NCBI GenBank assembly: GCA_035221665.1
Contig: CM069135.1
Location: 23,064,001-23,128,000 of the forward strand
Direction: 5' to 3'
Origin: Okamejei kenojei
Lineage: Eukaryota
Length of the DNA stretch: 64,000 bases
How positions within the stretch are numbered: position 1 is the first letter of the stretch; the number at the start of each line of letters is the position of its first letter. Of the stretch, positions 52,049 through 63,230 are shown piece by piece. The position numbers were made by a program, and so were the translations under genes. The notes below the pieces were generated by a model that had not been told where the DNA came from, ran no database searches, and worked only from the letters and a program-made list of their open reading frames with translations.

Positions 52049-52810
52049 CGGCAAAAACAAGGGGGCAGATTATTATCTCAATGGGGTTAGGTTAGGTAAG
52101 GTGGAGGTACAGCGAGACCTGGGCGTCCTTGTACACCGGTCACTGAAAGTTGGCTTACAGGTACAGCAGGCAGTGAAGAAAGCTAATGGAATGTTGGCCT
52201 TCAAAACAAGAGGTTTTCAGTACAGAAGTAAAGAGGTTCTTCTGCAGTTGTATAAGGCTCTGGTGAGACCACATCTGGAGTATTGTGTACAGTTTTGGTC
52301 TCCTAATTTGAGGAAGGACATCCTTGTAATTGAGGCAGTGCAGCGTAGGTTCACGAGATTGATCCCTCAATGGCGGAACTGTCATATGAGGAAAGATTGA
52401 AAAGACTAGGCTTGTATTCACTGGAGTTTAGAAGGATGAGGGGAGATCGTATAGAAACATATAAAATTATAAAAGGACTGGACAAGCTAGATGCAGGCAA
52501 AATGTTCCAAATGTTGGGCGAGTCCAGAACCAGGGGCACAGTCTTAGGGGAGGTCATTTAAGACTGAGGTGAGAAAAAAACGTTTTCACCCAGAAAGTTG
52601 TGAATTTATGGAATTTCCTGCCACAGAGGACAGTGGAGGCCAAATCACTGGATGGATTTAAGAGAGGGTTAGATAGAGCTCTAGGGCTAGTGGAATCAAG
52701 GGATATGGGGAGAAGGCAGGCACGTGTTATTGATAGGGGACGATCAGCCATGATCACAATGAATGGCTCAAAGGGCCAAGTGGCCTCCTCCTGCACCTAT
52801 TTTCTATGTT
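52042..52810 (+). mobile_element. CR1 LINE 3' fragment
   Basis: ORFs 52038..52400 and 52370..52561 (QRDLGVLV, LVRPHLEYCVQFWSP, RLGLYSLEFRRMRGD). Confidence 0.88.
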
Positions 52811-53054
52811 ACTTACTTACTTATAGACCATACGTGTCTTAAATAAAAGATAATTAAGACTGAAACAAGGAGAAATGTATTTACGGGGGATGTGGTTGGA
52901 ATCTGGAGTGCATGAGCAGCAGAAGAGGTGAGGCAGGTTCCATAGTGCCCTTCAAGTGCAATTGGAGAACTATATGCGAGGAAAAATTTGGCAAGACTAT
53001 GAGAAAGGACCTGCCATAGAATTAGTGAGTTCTGCCGCAAGATGGGATGAATAA

Positions 53055-54680
53055 CCATATATAACCATATAACCATATAACAATTACAGCACGGAAACAG
53101 GCCCTCTCGGCCCTTCCAGTCCGTGCCGACCATTTGTTTTCCCCTAGTCCCATCTACCTGCACTCAGACCATACCCCTCCATTCCCTTCACGTCCATATA
53201 CCTATCCACTTTACTTTTAAATGTTAAAATCGATCCTGCCTCCACCACTTCTGCTGGAAGCTCATTCCACACAGCCACCACCCTCTGAGTAAAGAAGTTC
53301 CCCCTCACGGGATATTCCCTTCTACGCTAAAACGATTCTATGATTCACGGATAGGACGGGCTGCAGGGATATGAGGCAAATGCACGCAGGTGGGAATAGC
53401 GTAGATGTAGTTGCCGGGTGTGGGCAAGTTGGATCGCGAGGCCCGTTTCCACGCTGTAAGACTCTAACCCTAACCCTAATGATTCTGTCATAAATATATC
53501 ATCAAATTTATCGTTTATGTGATCAGGGACAGATGAAATATTTAAGACTCTACCCCGTGGAACAGAAAAGGTTGGGTGGTGAAAACCAAAAAAACTGCAA
53601 ATGCTGCAAGGCAGAAATGAAAACAGAAAATGTGAAGACATTCAACAGGCCAGGCAACATCTGTGGGTCATAGAGTCATACATCACGGAAACAGGCCCAT
53701 CGGCCCAACTTGCCCATGCTGACCAAAATGCCCCATCTATGTTAATCCCACCTGCCAGTGTTTGGCCAATATCCCTCTAAACCTTTACTACCCATGTACC
53801 TGTCCAAATGTCTTTTATATGTTGTTATAGTACTTGCTTCAACTACATCCGCTGGCAGCTTGTTCCATATACCCACTACTGTGTGAAAAAAATCTCCTTA
53901 GCTTCCTATTAAATCTTTCCCTTCTCACTTTAAACTTATGACAGATGGAAAGAGAGTTAACATTAGAGATGTCTTGAATATAGAAGTAGGGAATTTATGC
54001 CCCAACTTCGTGAAAACGTGGTCAGCCCTCAACTGCGCATGGTTCTAACCAACAAGGTATAGGTAGGATGTGATGGTGCTGGAAAACGTGCAGACGAGAC
54101 TCACCAAAATACTGTCAGATATAATAATAGATTGGAGAGGCAGGATCTATTTCTCTCTGGAGCAGAGAAGATTAAGAAGGGACAGGCCTAATAAAATGAG
54201 GGTTATAGATAGGGTAGACCGCGGGAAACCTTTCCCTCCATGAGAGGGAGATAAAAGTAAAGACCATAGGTTTATGGCAAAGGGGAAGAAATTCAGAGGA
54301 AATCCAAGGATTACCTTCTTCATCCAGAGACTAGATTAGAGTGGTTGAAGCTGGGTCACTGCCAGCATGTGAGAAGTGTCAAGACGAGTCTTGGCTATAT
54401 TTAATAGGGAGTTAGATGTGACCCTTGTGGCTTAAGGGATCAGGGGGTATGGAGAGAAGGCAGGTACAGGATACTGAGTTGGATGATCAGCCATGATCAT
54501 ATTGAATGGCGGTGCAGGCTTGAAGGGCCGAACTGGCCTACTCCTGCACCTATTTTCTATGTTTCTATGTTTCTATGAGCCCTTGAATCGCTTAGGCAAA
54601 GAAGGTTGTAGACCAAACACTGGGAGGATGGATTAGCACAGAAGGGTGCCCACTCTGTGTGATTCTATGACCTTGTACAG
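53055..54680. mobile_element. Cluster of nested CR1 3' fragments in both orientations
   Basis: Several CR1 tails ((aaccatat)n, (tctatgtt)n, gggccgaa...ggcctactcctgcacct). Confidence 0.7.
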
Positions 54681-54768
54681 ATTCTGAAGCTGGTTTGGAC
54701 AGAATAGAAAGGGGAAGGATGTTTGCTCTAGTGAGTTGGTTAGAAACCAGAGGTGAAATATTTACAAT

Positions 54769-54820
54769 TGTGTGTGTGTGTGTGTCTGTGTCTGTGTCTG
54801 TGTCTGTGTCTGTGTCTGTG
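54769..54820. repeat. (TG)n/(TGTGTC)n microsatellite
   Basis: Direct reading; ends about 37 nt upstream of the acceptor at 54857. Confidence 0.95.
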
Positions 54821-54857
54821 CCCTGATGCTCTGTTATTCACTGAATCTTGTTCACAG

Positions 54858-55133
54858 GCTGCAGCAGTGAAGCAGTTGAAGGAAAATGACAGCAAAATCC
54901 AAGACCTCTTGGACTGGTTGTCCAATATGGAACAAGAGCCATCAACTGATCAGAAGGGAAAGGGAACGCTGCAGCAGAATGGCAACACGATTACAGTGGA
55001 TGGACTGCAGGTACTGGAGAATGAAGACACGGTCAATGGAAACCTGCCCCGCAACCTAAGTGAGACCACGGGAGAGGAAGAGAAGGAGCTAACAACCGAT
55101 GGAGATCTACATGGTCAATATGAAAAAGCCAAG
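54858..55133 (+). CDS. DST: Spectrin-repeat exon (AAAVKQLKENDSKIQDLLDWLSN...VNGNL...QYEKAK)
   Basis: ttcacag|GCT acceptor, AAG|gttgga donor. Confidence 0.88.
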
Positions 55134-55599
55134 GTTGGAAATGAATGTCAACGGTTAATTGCATGTAATATGATGGGTAATTGTGGGCATGGCCAGGTTC
55201 TGTGCCATATAACTCAGTATGAATTTAGAATTGGATGGAATGTAAATGTATAAAGATATAAATCTGGACTCTGGGAAAGTAAGAACATAAGAAATAGAAT
55301 GAGACGGAAGTATGCCCTCGATTGTTCTGCCATTCGGTAAGATCAAGGCTGTGCCTTGTTCATTTGCCAGCCCATCCCCATGGCCTGCACTTCCACTTTG
55401 AGGCAAAAGTGGATTGATTTCTACCTTGCGTTTACTCAATTACTCGCCATCCAGAGAGAACCATCTGCAACCCTTTAAATACATTTCTCCCAGGACTCAG
55501 CAGCTGAAGTTCCTGCTCAGATTGCACCAGGTAGTTCCAGACTGCTCGGACGGTGGAAATAGCCTCTCGACTCTGTTAGTTCATTTTATGTCTCATAGG

Positions 55600-55738
55600 G
55601 GGTGGGAGATTGCAACCTTCACGTGGTCCGCCCTGTTTCGACTAATGCAATCAACTCGACGTGCACAAACGGAAGATCAAATAGAACAAGTTGTCCAACA
55701 ACTTTAGGCTGTGCACGCCACACGGAAAAAGAAGAAGA
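55600..55738 (+). mobile_element. Short retroposon with (AAG)n tail and 12-bp TSD
   Basis: atgtctcatagg at 55588-55599 and 55739-55750; ends gccacacggaaaaagaagaaga. Confidence 0.7.
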
Positions 55739-56302
55739 ATGTCTCATAGGATCACTCTTCTCCCTCCCTCCCACCCTTCCAATCAATTCTCCTAAACTCC
55801 AATGTGTATTGTACAGTCTTTGGAGATCTCTCCATTTCATCGCAGGAAGCTATCCGGTGAATATGGTCTGGCACAAAAATCTTACATGGTATAGAAATGG
55901 TAACTATACCCGGCACTAATTGCACCCAGGCTTTTTCACTTCTGTCGCCAACCTTCTTGCAGTTAGGGGCGATGTAACATTTTCCTTCCTAATTTTTTCC
56001 AAGCACAAAGCAGGACAGAATTGTCAGGAGCAGAGTAAAAACAGTACCTTCTGGTTCCATTCCAAGTTGCATGCCGTCCCGACTTGTAAATATGTCATTA
56101 GTGCTTCGTCATCACAGGTTTAAACTTCACCAGAAGTACTTCAGTGGTTGGAGAAGGTAGCTCACCACCATCTTCTCAAGGGCGGTTGGTGTTGACAACT
56201 GGATATATAAGAAGGAACTGCAGATGCTGGTTTACACCGAAGATAGACCGCAAATTGGTGGAGTAACTCAGCGGGTCAGGTAGCATCTATGGAGAAAAGG
56301 AA

Positions 56303-56340
56303 TAGGTGACGTTTCGGGTCGAGACCCTTCATCAGACTCA
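56303..56340 (-). ncRNA. Minimal type I hammerhead-ribozyme motif in a Penelope-derived repeat
   Basis: Minus strand reads GU-CUGAUGA-A-GGGU(CUCG)ACCC-GAAAC-GUC-ACCUA: canonical core, helix II, palindromic ACGU helix III and GUC cleavage triplet. Helix I is only about 2 bp. Confidence 0.6.
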
Positions 56341-56666
56341 CTAATTGACAATTGAACGTTGGCTTTGCCAGTGACACATCCCAGAGAAATACATTTAAAA
56401 AAATGTACTCACTGCTACTACATGTTAGTTTTTGTATATCATAAATAAGATTTTTCTACAATTCGAAAACATGAGAAAATACAAATGCAGGAAATCCGAA
56501 ATGAAAACAGAAAATGCTGGAGGTGCTCAGAAGATCAGGCATTATCTGTGGAGGTAGAAACAGAGTTTACGTTTAAGGTCAATGACCTTTCATTAGAACT
56601 GGGGAAGTGCGAATACTGGTGTATTTTACGTTGCAGAGAGGTGTAGGTTTGCGGAGATAGAACTCA

Positions 56667-57124
56667 GAGAAAAGACGGGGGAAGAGCCATGGGGGAGAGG
56701 GGGTATCAAGGGGAAGGGGCTGGAGCTGCGGGGCGTTGTTATGTCGGTGCGATTGGGACTCACAGCGGGAGCTGGGCGCTCTCCTCCGCCGGGATCAGAC
56801 TCTTTCCATTTGGCGACATCTCCGACTCCGTGCCGCTCCGGACCCTCCGAAAATTGACCGCCCCGGGGAGTGACAGGAGAAGCGACAAATCCGCGCAGCG
56901 CTGAATGGCAGGAGTGGAGATCGATCCGCGCACTCGCGTTTTTTTTACGATTTTTAAACCTCGCTAACTTTTACAATATACCACCGATCGGAACGAAACT
57001 TGTTGCACTCGCAGCACAGGAGAACGGTGAGTGAGCTGACGAAAAATCGAAGCGCTATCACGTACCGTTAGAAAAACCGCGCAAACCGGAAGAGAACAGG
57101 ATCAGAGTTTTAGTTATGTATAGA
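56667..57124 (-). mobile_element. 3'-truncated copy of the same Helitron family
   Basis: Shares gagaaaagacgggggaagagccatgg, cttgttgcactcgcagcacagg and gatcagagttttagttatgtataga with 48219-48474. Confidence 0.7.
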
Positions 57125-57347
57125 TGATGCCATAAAATGCAAGCCTCTCTTCTTTCAATGAGCATTCAGCTTAGGTCTGAAGAAGCGTCTTAACCCAAAA
57201 TCTCCAGAGATGCTGCCTTCCCCACTGAGTTACTCCAGCATTTGGTATCTATGTTCAGTTTAGGTTTATGTGTAACTTGAAATTTTTGATGCAATGCCCA
57301 TGTGTTTGGATAATGGCTGATCCTTGTGCGGGTTTTGTCCCAAACAG

Positions 57348-57893
57348 CTCCGCCACCAGCAAGTTGTGTCACAGCAGCAGTTTTACATCATATCGACACA
57401 ATCAGTCCAGGACTTCCTGCAGAAACAAGGCTCGAGTATTCCAGCCGCAGAACGAGAGAAGTTGGAGAAGGACTTGACTGAGTTGAAGGTTCAGTACGAG
57501 ACCGCGCTGGGCCAGTCTGAAAGCCGACTGAAGCTGGTTCAAGCCGTTCAGGATGAGCTGAAGACCTTTTCCACGGATTACAATGAATTTGAAAACTGGT
57601 TGCACCAGTCTGAACAGCAGCTGGAGGATCTCCAGTCTGGTGCCAAGGACATGGACGCCTTTGGTGGCAAACTGAAAAGGCAGAAAAGCTTTTCTGAAGA
57701 CGTCATCTCTCACAAAGGGGACTTGAGGTACATTACTATCTCCGGACAAAGAGTCCTCGATGCTGCCAAATCCTGTGGGAAATTGGGTCTGAATAAAGAT
57801 GGCAAACCTCAGGTTGATATGTCTGCAACTTGTACTCGGGTGCAGAGCCAACTGAACATGGCCAGTGACTCTTATAAATCACTGCAATCCAAG
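57348..57893 (+). CDS. DST: Spectrin-repeat exon (LRHQQVVSQQQ...KRQKSFSEDVISHKGDLRYITISGQRVLDAAKSC...LQSK)
   Basis: caaacag|CTC acceptor, AAG|gtaggg donor; ORF 57324..58004. Confidence 0.92.
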
Positions 57894-58114
57894 GTAGGGC
57901 TATCTCTTTGTCTTCTTCTGAGTCAAGAATTTCTGCCATCCATTTTGGTCTTCATAGTCAATATACAGCCCAATCAGCCTTTAGTTGTGGGATATAACCA
58001 ATGAGTGGAAAGTCCTTTATTCCCCCTTGTCCAGCAATGATTTCATACACTGTGTCATCAGGGGAAACACGGGGGGACGGAAGTCCACTCGGAATCAAAA
58101 TGTTTGTTAAATCA

Positions 58115-58420
58115 CGGGTGGCGCAGTGGCGTAGCGATAGAGCTGCTGCCTTGCAGCGTCAGGGACCTGGGTTTGATCCTGACCACGGGTGCTGAGTGTG
58201 CGGAGTTTGGGTGTTCTCCCTGTGACCGCGTCTGTTTTCTTCAGGAGCTCCGCTTTCCTCCAACATTCCAAAGACATACAGGTTTATAGCTTAATTGGCT
58301 TTGGTAAAATTGTAAATTGTCCCGAGTGTGTGTAGGATAGTGTTAGTGTGCTGGGATTGTTAGTTAGTGCAGACTCAGTGGGCTGAAGGGCCTGTTTCCT
58401 CGCTGTATCTCTAATCTAAA
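58115..58420 (+). mobile_element. HE1-type SINE
   Basis: Family head, core and tail. Confidence 0.8.
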
Positions 58421-59027
58421 ACCACATGGCTTTTGTCCGGGTGCTTCGGTTTCTTCCTACTTCCCAGGTCTCTAATCTGTGTTAGGAGATTAATTAACCA
58501 CTGCATAATGCCTCCAGTGAATGGATGAGAGTTGGGAATCTAGGAATGTGGTGAGAATTAAATGGGATAAGAGGAAATGGGTACTTGATATTGAGATGAT
58601 CTTGCTTCATTGAAGGCCCTGTTTCCATGCTATATAACTCTAAGGAGGGGTTCCAGAGTGTGGTGCCTAGATTGCCAAAGATATATCACCCAGAGTTAGT
58701 TGTGAATGGAAGTGGGGCTGTAGAAGAATGGGTTGGGTGAAGTGGAGTGTCCACAGTGATGAATCTGAAGAAAAAAATATATTTGGCAAAAAAAGGATCT
58801 AAACATAAAGATAGGACTAAATTGAATATGATCAGTGAGTCTGGCTGAAGAGTAAGCAACGTCTTGGATAGAACATGGACAGCAGGATTTAAAACTAATG
58901 GTAACACAGGCACTTGGATGAGGTATTCCAGTGGCAGATGTGCTGAGGTGTTATCTGGAGAATGCTTTATGACACAGAGGTTTTCTTGAGTTGTAAGCTC
59001 AGTTGGAGTCAGCTGAATAGTAAATAG

Positions 59028-59385
59028 TGAAAGGCCTGGATAGAGTGAATGTGGAGAGGATGCTTCCACTAGTAGAGGAGTCTAGGACCAGAGGCCATAG
59101 CTTCAGAATAAAAGGACATACCTTTAGAAAGGGGATGAGGAGGAATGTCTTTAGTCAGAGGGCAGTGAACCTGTGGAAATCATTGCTACAGACGGCTGTG
59201 GAGGCCAAGTCAATGGATATTTTAAAGGCGGAGATTGACAGATTCTTCATTTGCAAGGCAGTCGGGGGTTATGGGGAGAAGGCAGGAGAGTGGGGTTGAG
59301 CGGGAAATAGATCAGCCATGATTGAATGGCAGTGTGGACTTCATAGGCCGAATGGCCTAATTCTGCTCCTAGAACTTATGAAATA
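59028..59385 (+). mobile_element. CR1 LINE 3' fragment
   Basis: ORF 59027..59299 KGLDRVNVERMLPLVEESRTRGHSF. Confidence 0.85.
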
Positions 59386-59959
59386 CTCAAGTTACGAACA
59401 TAGATGTTCAGCCTGTGACAGGATGCGCAGAAAGGGAGACATTTCTAACAGGAAGATGCTGATAACAGAGAGAAGGAAGGATTGTTTGGAGTGGTTTGAA
59501 GCTGGCGAGGTAAACTATTGATTGGGCTGCTCTCAATATAATCAACTTGGCAGGAATGCATTATAAGGCCAATCTATCAATTGGAAATAGAGGGGAGGGG
59601 TTGATAAAGATAGTGCCATCAATGGTGTTGAAGACCACAGGACCGAGGAAGGGATATTATACTGGAAAGGTAAATCTTACAGTATCCGGACTGTTTTGAG
59701 ATTGTATAAAATATTAAACAGTAATAAGAGAAGATATTGGTCGAAGTTTCAAAGAGGAATAGGCACAGAAATTGATTCAAGATTCAAGAGAGTTTATTGT
59801 CATGTGTCCCAGACAGGACAATGACATTCTTGCTTTGCTTCAGCACAACAGAACATAGTAGGCATTGACTACAGAACAGATCAGTGTGTCCATATGCCAT
59901 TATATAAATATATATAAATTGGTTTGTATATGGGCTACACAAGGCATTCATGTAAGTGG

Positions 59960-60255
59960 CTGGTGCAGTGGCACAGCACTAGAGTAGCTGCCTTATACCG
60001 CCAGAACCGGGTTTGATCCTGACTACGGGTGCTGTCTGTACGTTCTCCCTGTGACCGCGTGGGTTTTCTCCGGGTGCTCCAGTTTCCTCACACGCTCCAA
60101 AGACGTACAGGTTTGTAGGTTAATTAGGTTCGGTAAGATTGTAAACTTGTCCTTTGTGCGTAGGATAGTGTTTGTGTAGGAGGATTGCTGGTCGGAGTGG
60201 ACTTGGTGTGCCGAAGGGCCAGTTTCCTTTACTGTATCTCTAAAGTCTAGAGTAA
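59960..60255 (+). mobile_element. HE1-type SINE
   Basis: Family head, core and tail. Confidence 0.78.
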
Positions 60256-60998
60256 AATCCAAAGTGGTTCTGTCTGGTCCAATTTGTGGCTGTACATTTG
60301 AGATGGTGCAAGAGAGTCGGAGCAGAAAGTGCCGAAACATAGTTGTGAGGCTGTGCAATTAGTTTCCATGGACTGCTGTTTACGGAGAAAAAGCCAACGT
60401 TAAAGATTAGGCTGAGCAAGGTAGATGAAGGAAAAGCCATTGCAAGGGATGTAAAACACAGTTGGGTGAATATGATTTGAACAAATTGAGCTGAATGGCA
60501 TATTTGCATGCTGGATAGTTATGGAGGCTTGTTTGTTGAGACAAATCTTCATTTCATTCCACCTCTTAGAGCTACTGAATTACTTACATTCACACCCAAC
60601 CAGGTGCAATTTCCCAGTTGTTCTGTTCTCCTCCAACACTTGGCGTGTGTATTATGAGTCCTTTTCCATTGTTGAGCTACTTGTGTGATTTTCGGACAAA
60701 TGACCAATTTCTTATACTGATAATTACTGTTGACTTTTGTTGGACAATACAGGGAGATAAGTTGGAAAATTACATTTTTGACATCACATTAAAGGAAATG
60801 GGCCAAATGCAGGCAAATGGGATGAGCTTCCATGTGATACCTTGGTTGGAACAGACAAGGTGGCCCAAATGGCCCGTTTCCATGCAATTCTGAGCACGAA
60901 AGGAATAACGTTTGTTCAAATGTTTGATTTTTATTCACGATGCTAGTGAGGGCACGCTTGAAAAAAACTCCCATTTACCCATCAAAAACCCTCAAACG

Positions 60999-61273
60999 TG
61001 GGCGGCACAGTGGCGCAGCAGTAGAGTTGCTGCCTTACAATGCCACAGACCCGGGTTGGATCTTGACCACAGAGTTTGTACGTTCTCCCCGTGACCATGT
61101 GGGTTTTCTGCGTGTGGCTTCAATTTCCTCCCACGTTCCAAAGACGTACAGATTTGTAGGTTAATTGGCTTCAGTAAAATTGTTCCCAGTGTAGGATAGA
61201 ACTAGTGTCCGGGTTGATCACTGGTCGGTGCAAACTGCGCTCTGTTTCCGCACTGTATCTCGAAAGTCTAAAG
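60999..61273 (+). mobile_element. HE1-type SINE with the hAT MITE inserted in its tail
   Basis: gggcggcacagtggcgcagc head, family core. Confidence 0.78.
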
Positions 61274-61540
61274 CAAGGGTTCCCAACCTGGGGTAACTTT
61301 ACCCAGATTTGCAGGTTAATTGGCTTCAGTAAAATTGTTCCCAGTTTAGGCAACTTTACCCAGGGGGTAAATTTGTTGCCTCTACATTTGCACATATTTT
61401 TTCTCATCGACTGACTGTGTTTGGTTCTAGTATACCGGTATCTGTTCATCATTACTTGTTCATAAGTAAGTGAAATAACATTGTGATCTGCTATTAATGT
61501 TGCCAAGGGTAAACGGGACGAAAAAGGTTGGGAACCCCTG
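61274..61540. mobile_element. hAT (Charlie-like) MITE
   Basis: TIRs caagggttcccaacct / aggttgggaacccctg; 8-bp TSD gtctaaag / gcctaaag. Confidence 0.75.
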
Positions 61541-61613
61541 GCCTAAAGTAAATTAAAGTCTTGTGTGTTTAGTTCACCTGATTTACGTGATTAACGTTTT
61601 CTCCTTATGACAG

Positions 61614-61790
61614 TGCAATCTGTTGGGTAAAAATCTGAAAGACGTGGTGGAGAAGTATGACCATTACCAGGAGTTGTCAGCCGCGCTTCTACCCTGGCTT
61701 CAAACTGCCGAGGAAGCTGCAGGAACACAGCTGACGGACGCCATTGCAGCAGATCCGAAGAACCTTCAGAAGCAGTTGGAGCAAGCCAAG
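61614..61790 (+). CDS. DST: Spectrin-repeat exon (CNLLGKNLKDVVEKYDHYQ...DPKNLQKQLEQAK)
   Basis: tgacag|TGC acceptor, AAG|gttacc donor. Confidence 0.9.
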
Positions 61791-61882
61791 GTTACCATTC
61801 TATGCATCTTCCAATAAGTTGTTGCGATTTTCCTTTCTCTTGCACCTCACTGTATGAAGTGTCTTTATTCCCCCGTGTGTAG

Positions 61883-62006
61883 GCTCTCCAGGACCAGATA
61901 TCTGGGCATCAACGAGTGGTTGAGAAGCTAAGGAAAGCCGTGGATGTGCTTATGGGTACAGATGGTGATCTCTTGTTGAATCGAGAAGAAATCCAGGATA
62001 ACCTGG
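61883..62006 (+). CDS. DST: Spectrin-repeat exon (ALQDQISGHQRVVEKLRKAVDVL...IQDNL)
   Basis: gtgtag|GCT acceptor after a 92-nt intron; G|gtacgt donor (phase 1). Confidence 0.88.
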
Positions 62007-62417
62007 GTACGTTGGTCATATCAAATACATTGGTGATACAGTCTACAGCACAGAATTCAGCTTTTGGCCTCATGGTTCTCTGCCATTACTCATAGGCACA
62101 GAGGGGCAGGGTACGGAAACAGGCCCCTCAGCCCACCAGGTTTGTGTTGACCCTTGCACCCATTTACACTAATCCTACATTAATCCCCCTGCTCACGTTC
62201 TGTCAACTCCTCTCAGATTCTACCGCTTACCTGCACACTAGGGGCAATTTACAGCAGCCCATTAACCTATCAGCCCACACATCTTTGGGCTCTGGATGGA
62301 AACCAGGGCACCTGGAGGAAACCCATATGGGCGTCAGAGCTTATGGGGAGAAGGCAAGAGAAAGGGGTTAGGAGGGAGAGATAAATCAGCCATGATTGAA
62401 TGGTGGAGTAGACTTGA

Positions 62418-63230
62418 TTGTTTTGTATTCTTGTATTCAATTTATTGTCATTATCTCATTTTAGAGACAACAAAATTGATTGTCCTTACAGTCAGTAACA
62501 TAAAAGTACATAATAAATAAATAAACATATTTTTTTAAAAAAGCACAAACACAGATGTCCACACACAACATAACCCCACAGCGGCACCAGAGTTAAGGAA
62601 GGTACCATAGTCCAGCCAGCCTCCCTGCCGATCTTCCCAGATGTTCACCCGTGGTCGGGGCCTCCCGAGCACCCGCAGGCCCTCTCGCTGGGAACGCTGG
62701 AACCCCGACGGAGAACATCCTCAGCGGCCCGGACCTCCAGATCAGCCACCTCCCACCGGAGTCCGCGGCTCCCAAAGTCCACAGGCCGAGCCGGGCGGAG
62801 TCGCGGGACTCCGCGATGTTGGTCAGCGCCGCCCGCGTTGGTAGCTCCGCGATCCGCAGCTCCGCGATGTCGGTGCAGCAGGCCCAGCACTCCGGTGCTC
62901 CAAACAGCAATCCCCGGTGAGCCATCGCCTGCCCCTCGATGTTTCCAACGCTGCGCCGCTGCTGCTGGAGCTCTGGTCGGTCCCGGCAGGAAAAGCCGCG
63001 CCAATCCAGTAGGTAGGCCGCGGGGGGGGGGGGGGGGGGCGAGGACGCGAACTCGAATAATAGTCGCATCCTCTCCAGGAAGCGACTGGAGGATGGTATC
63101 CCCCTTACCGTACCCTCTTCCCCTCACATAAAGACATTAAAAAAAAACACAAAAAACGTCTTCAAACATAACAAAAAAACAAAAAGATACCGGACTAAAG
63201 GAGGAGGCAGCTGGCAACAGCGCCACCGGA
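62418..63230 (-). mobile_element. CpG-rich non-autonomous retroelement with an L2/Rex-type tail, inserted in a CR1 tail
   Basis: Minus strand starts ggtggcgctgttgcc and ends aatgacaataaattgaatacaagaataca; the CR1 tail gtagacttgat|...|gatgggccgaatggcctaattc resumes across it. Confidence 0.5.

Larger units (their letters stand above)
270..62006 (+). other. DST: Internal portion of a spectraplakin gene, most likely dystonin (BPAG1); gene extends beyond both window ends
   Basis: 24 exons with AG/GT (one GC) boundaries and matching phases. They give plakin-domain, BPAG1e rod/tail, giant plectin-repeat and spectrin-repeat sequence. Motifs such as [40 protein letters not shown] and KRQKSFSEDVISHKGDLRYITISG match my recollection of DST better than MACF1. 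Confidence 0.72.

Noticed and set aside
53464-53480. taaccctaaccctaa telomere-like repeat
   Set aside because: Only about two units, at the end of a CR1 tail; not a credible interstitial telomere.
62593-63131. Several overlapping 90-160 aa ORFs
   Set aside because: GC-rich repeat lacking stops; no protein-like features or splice context.
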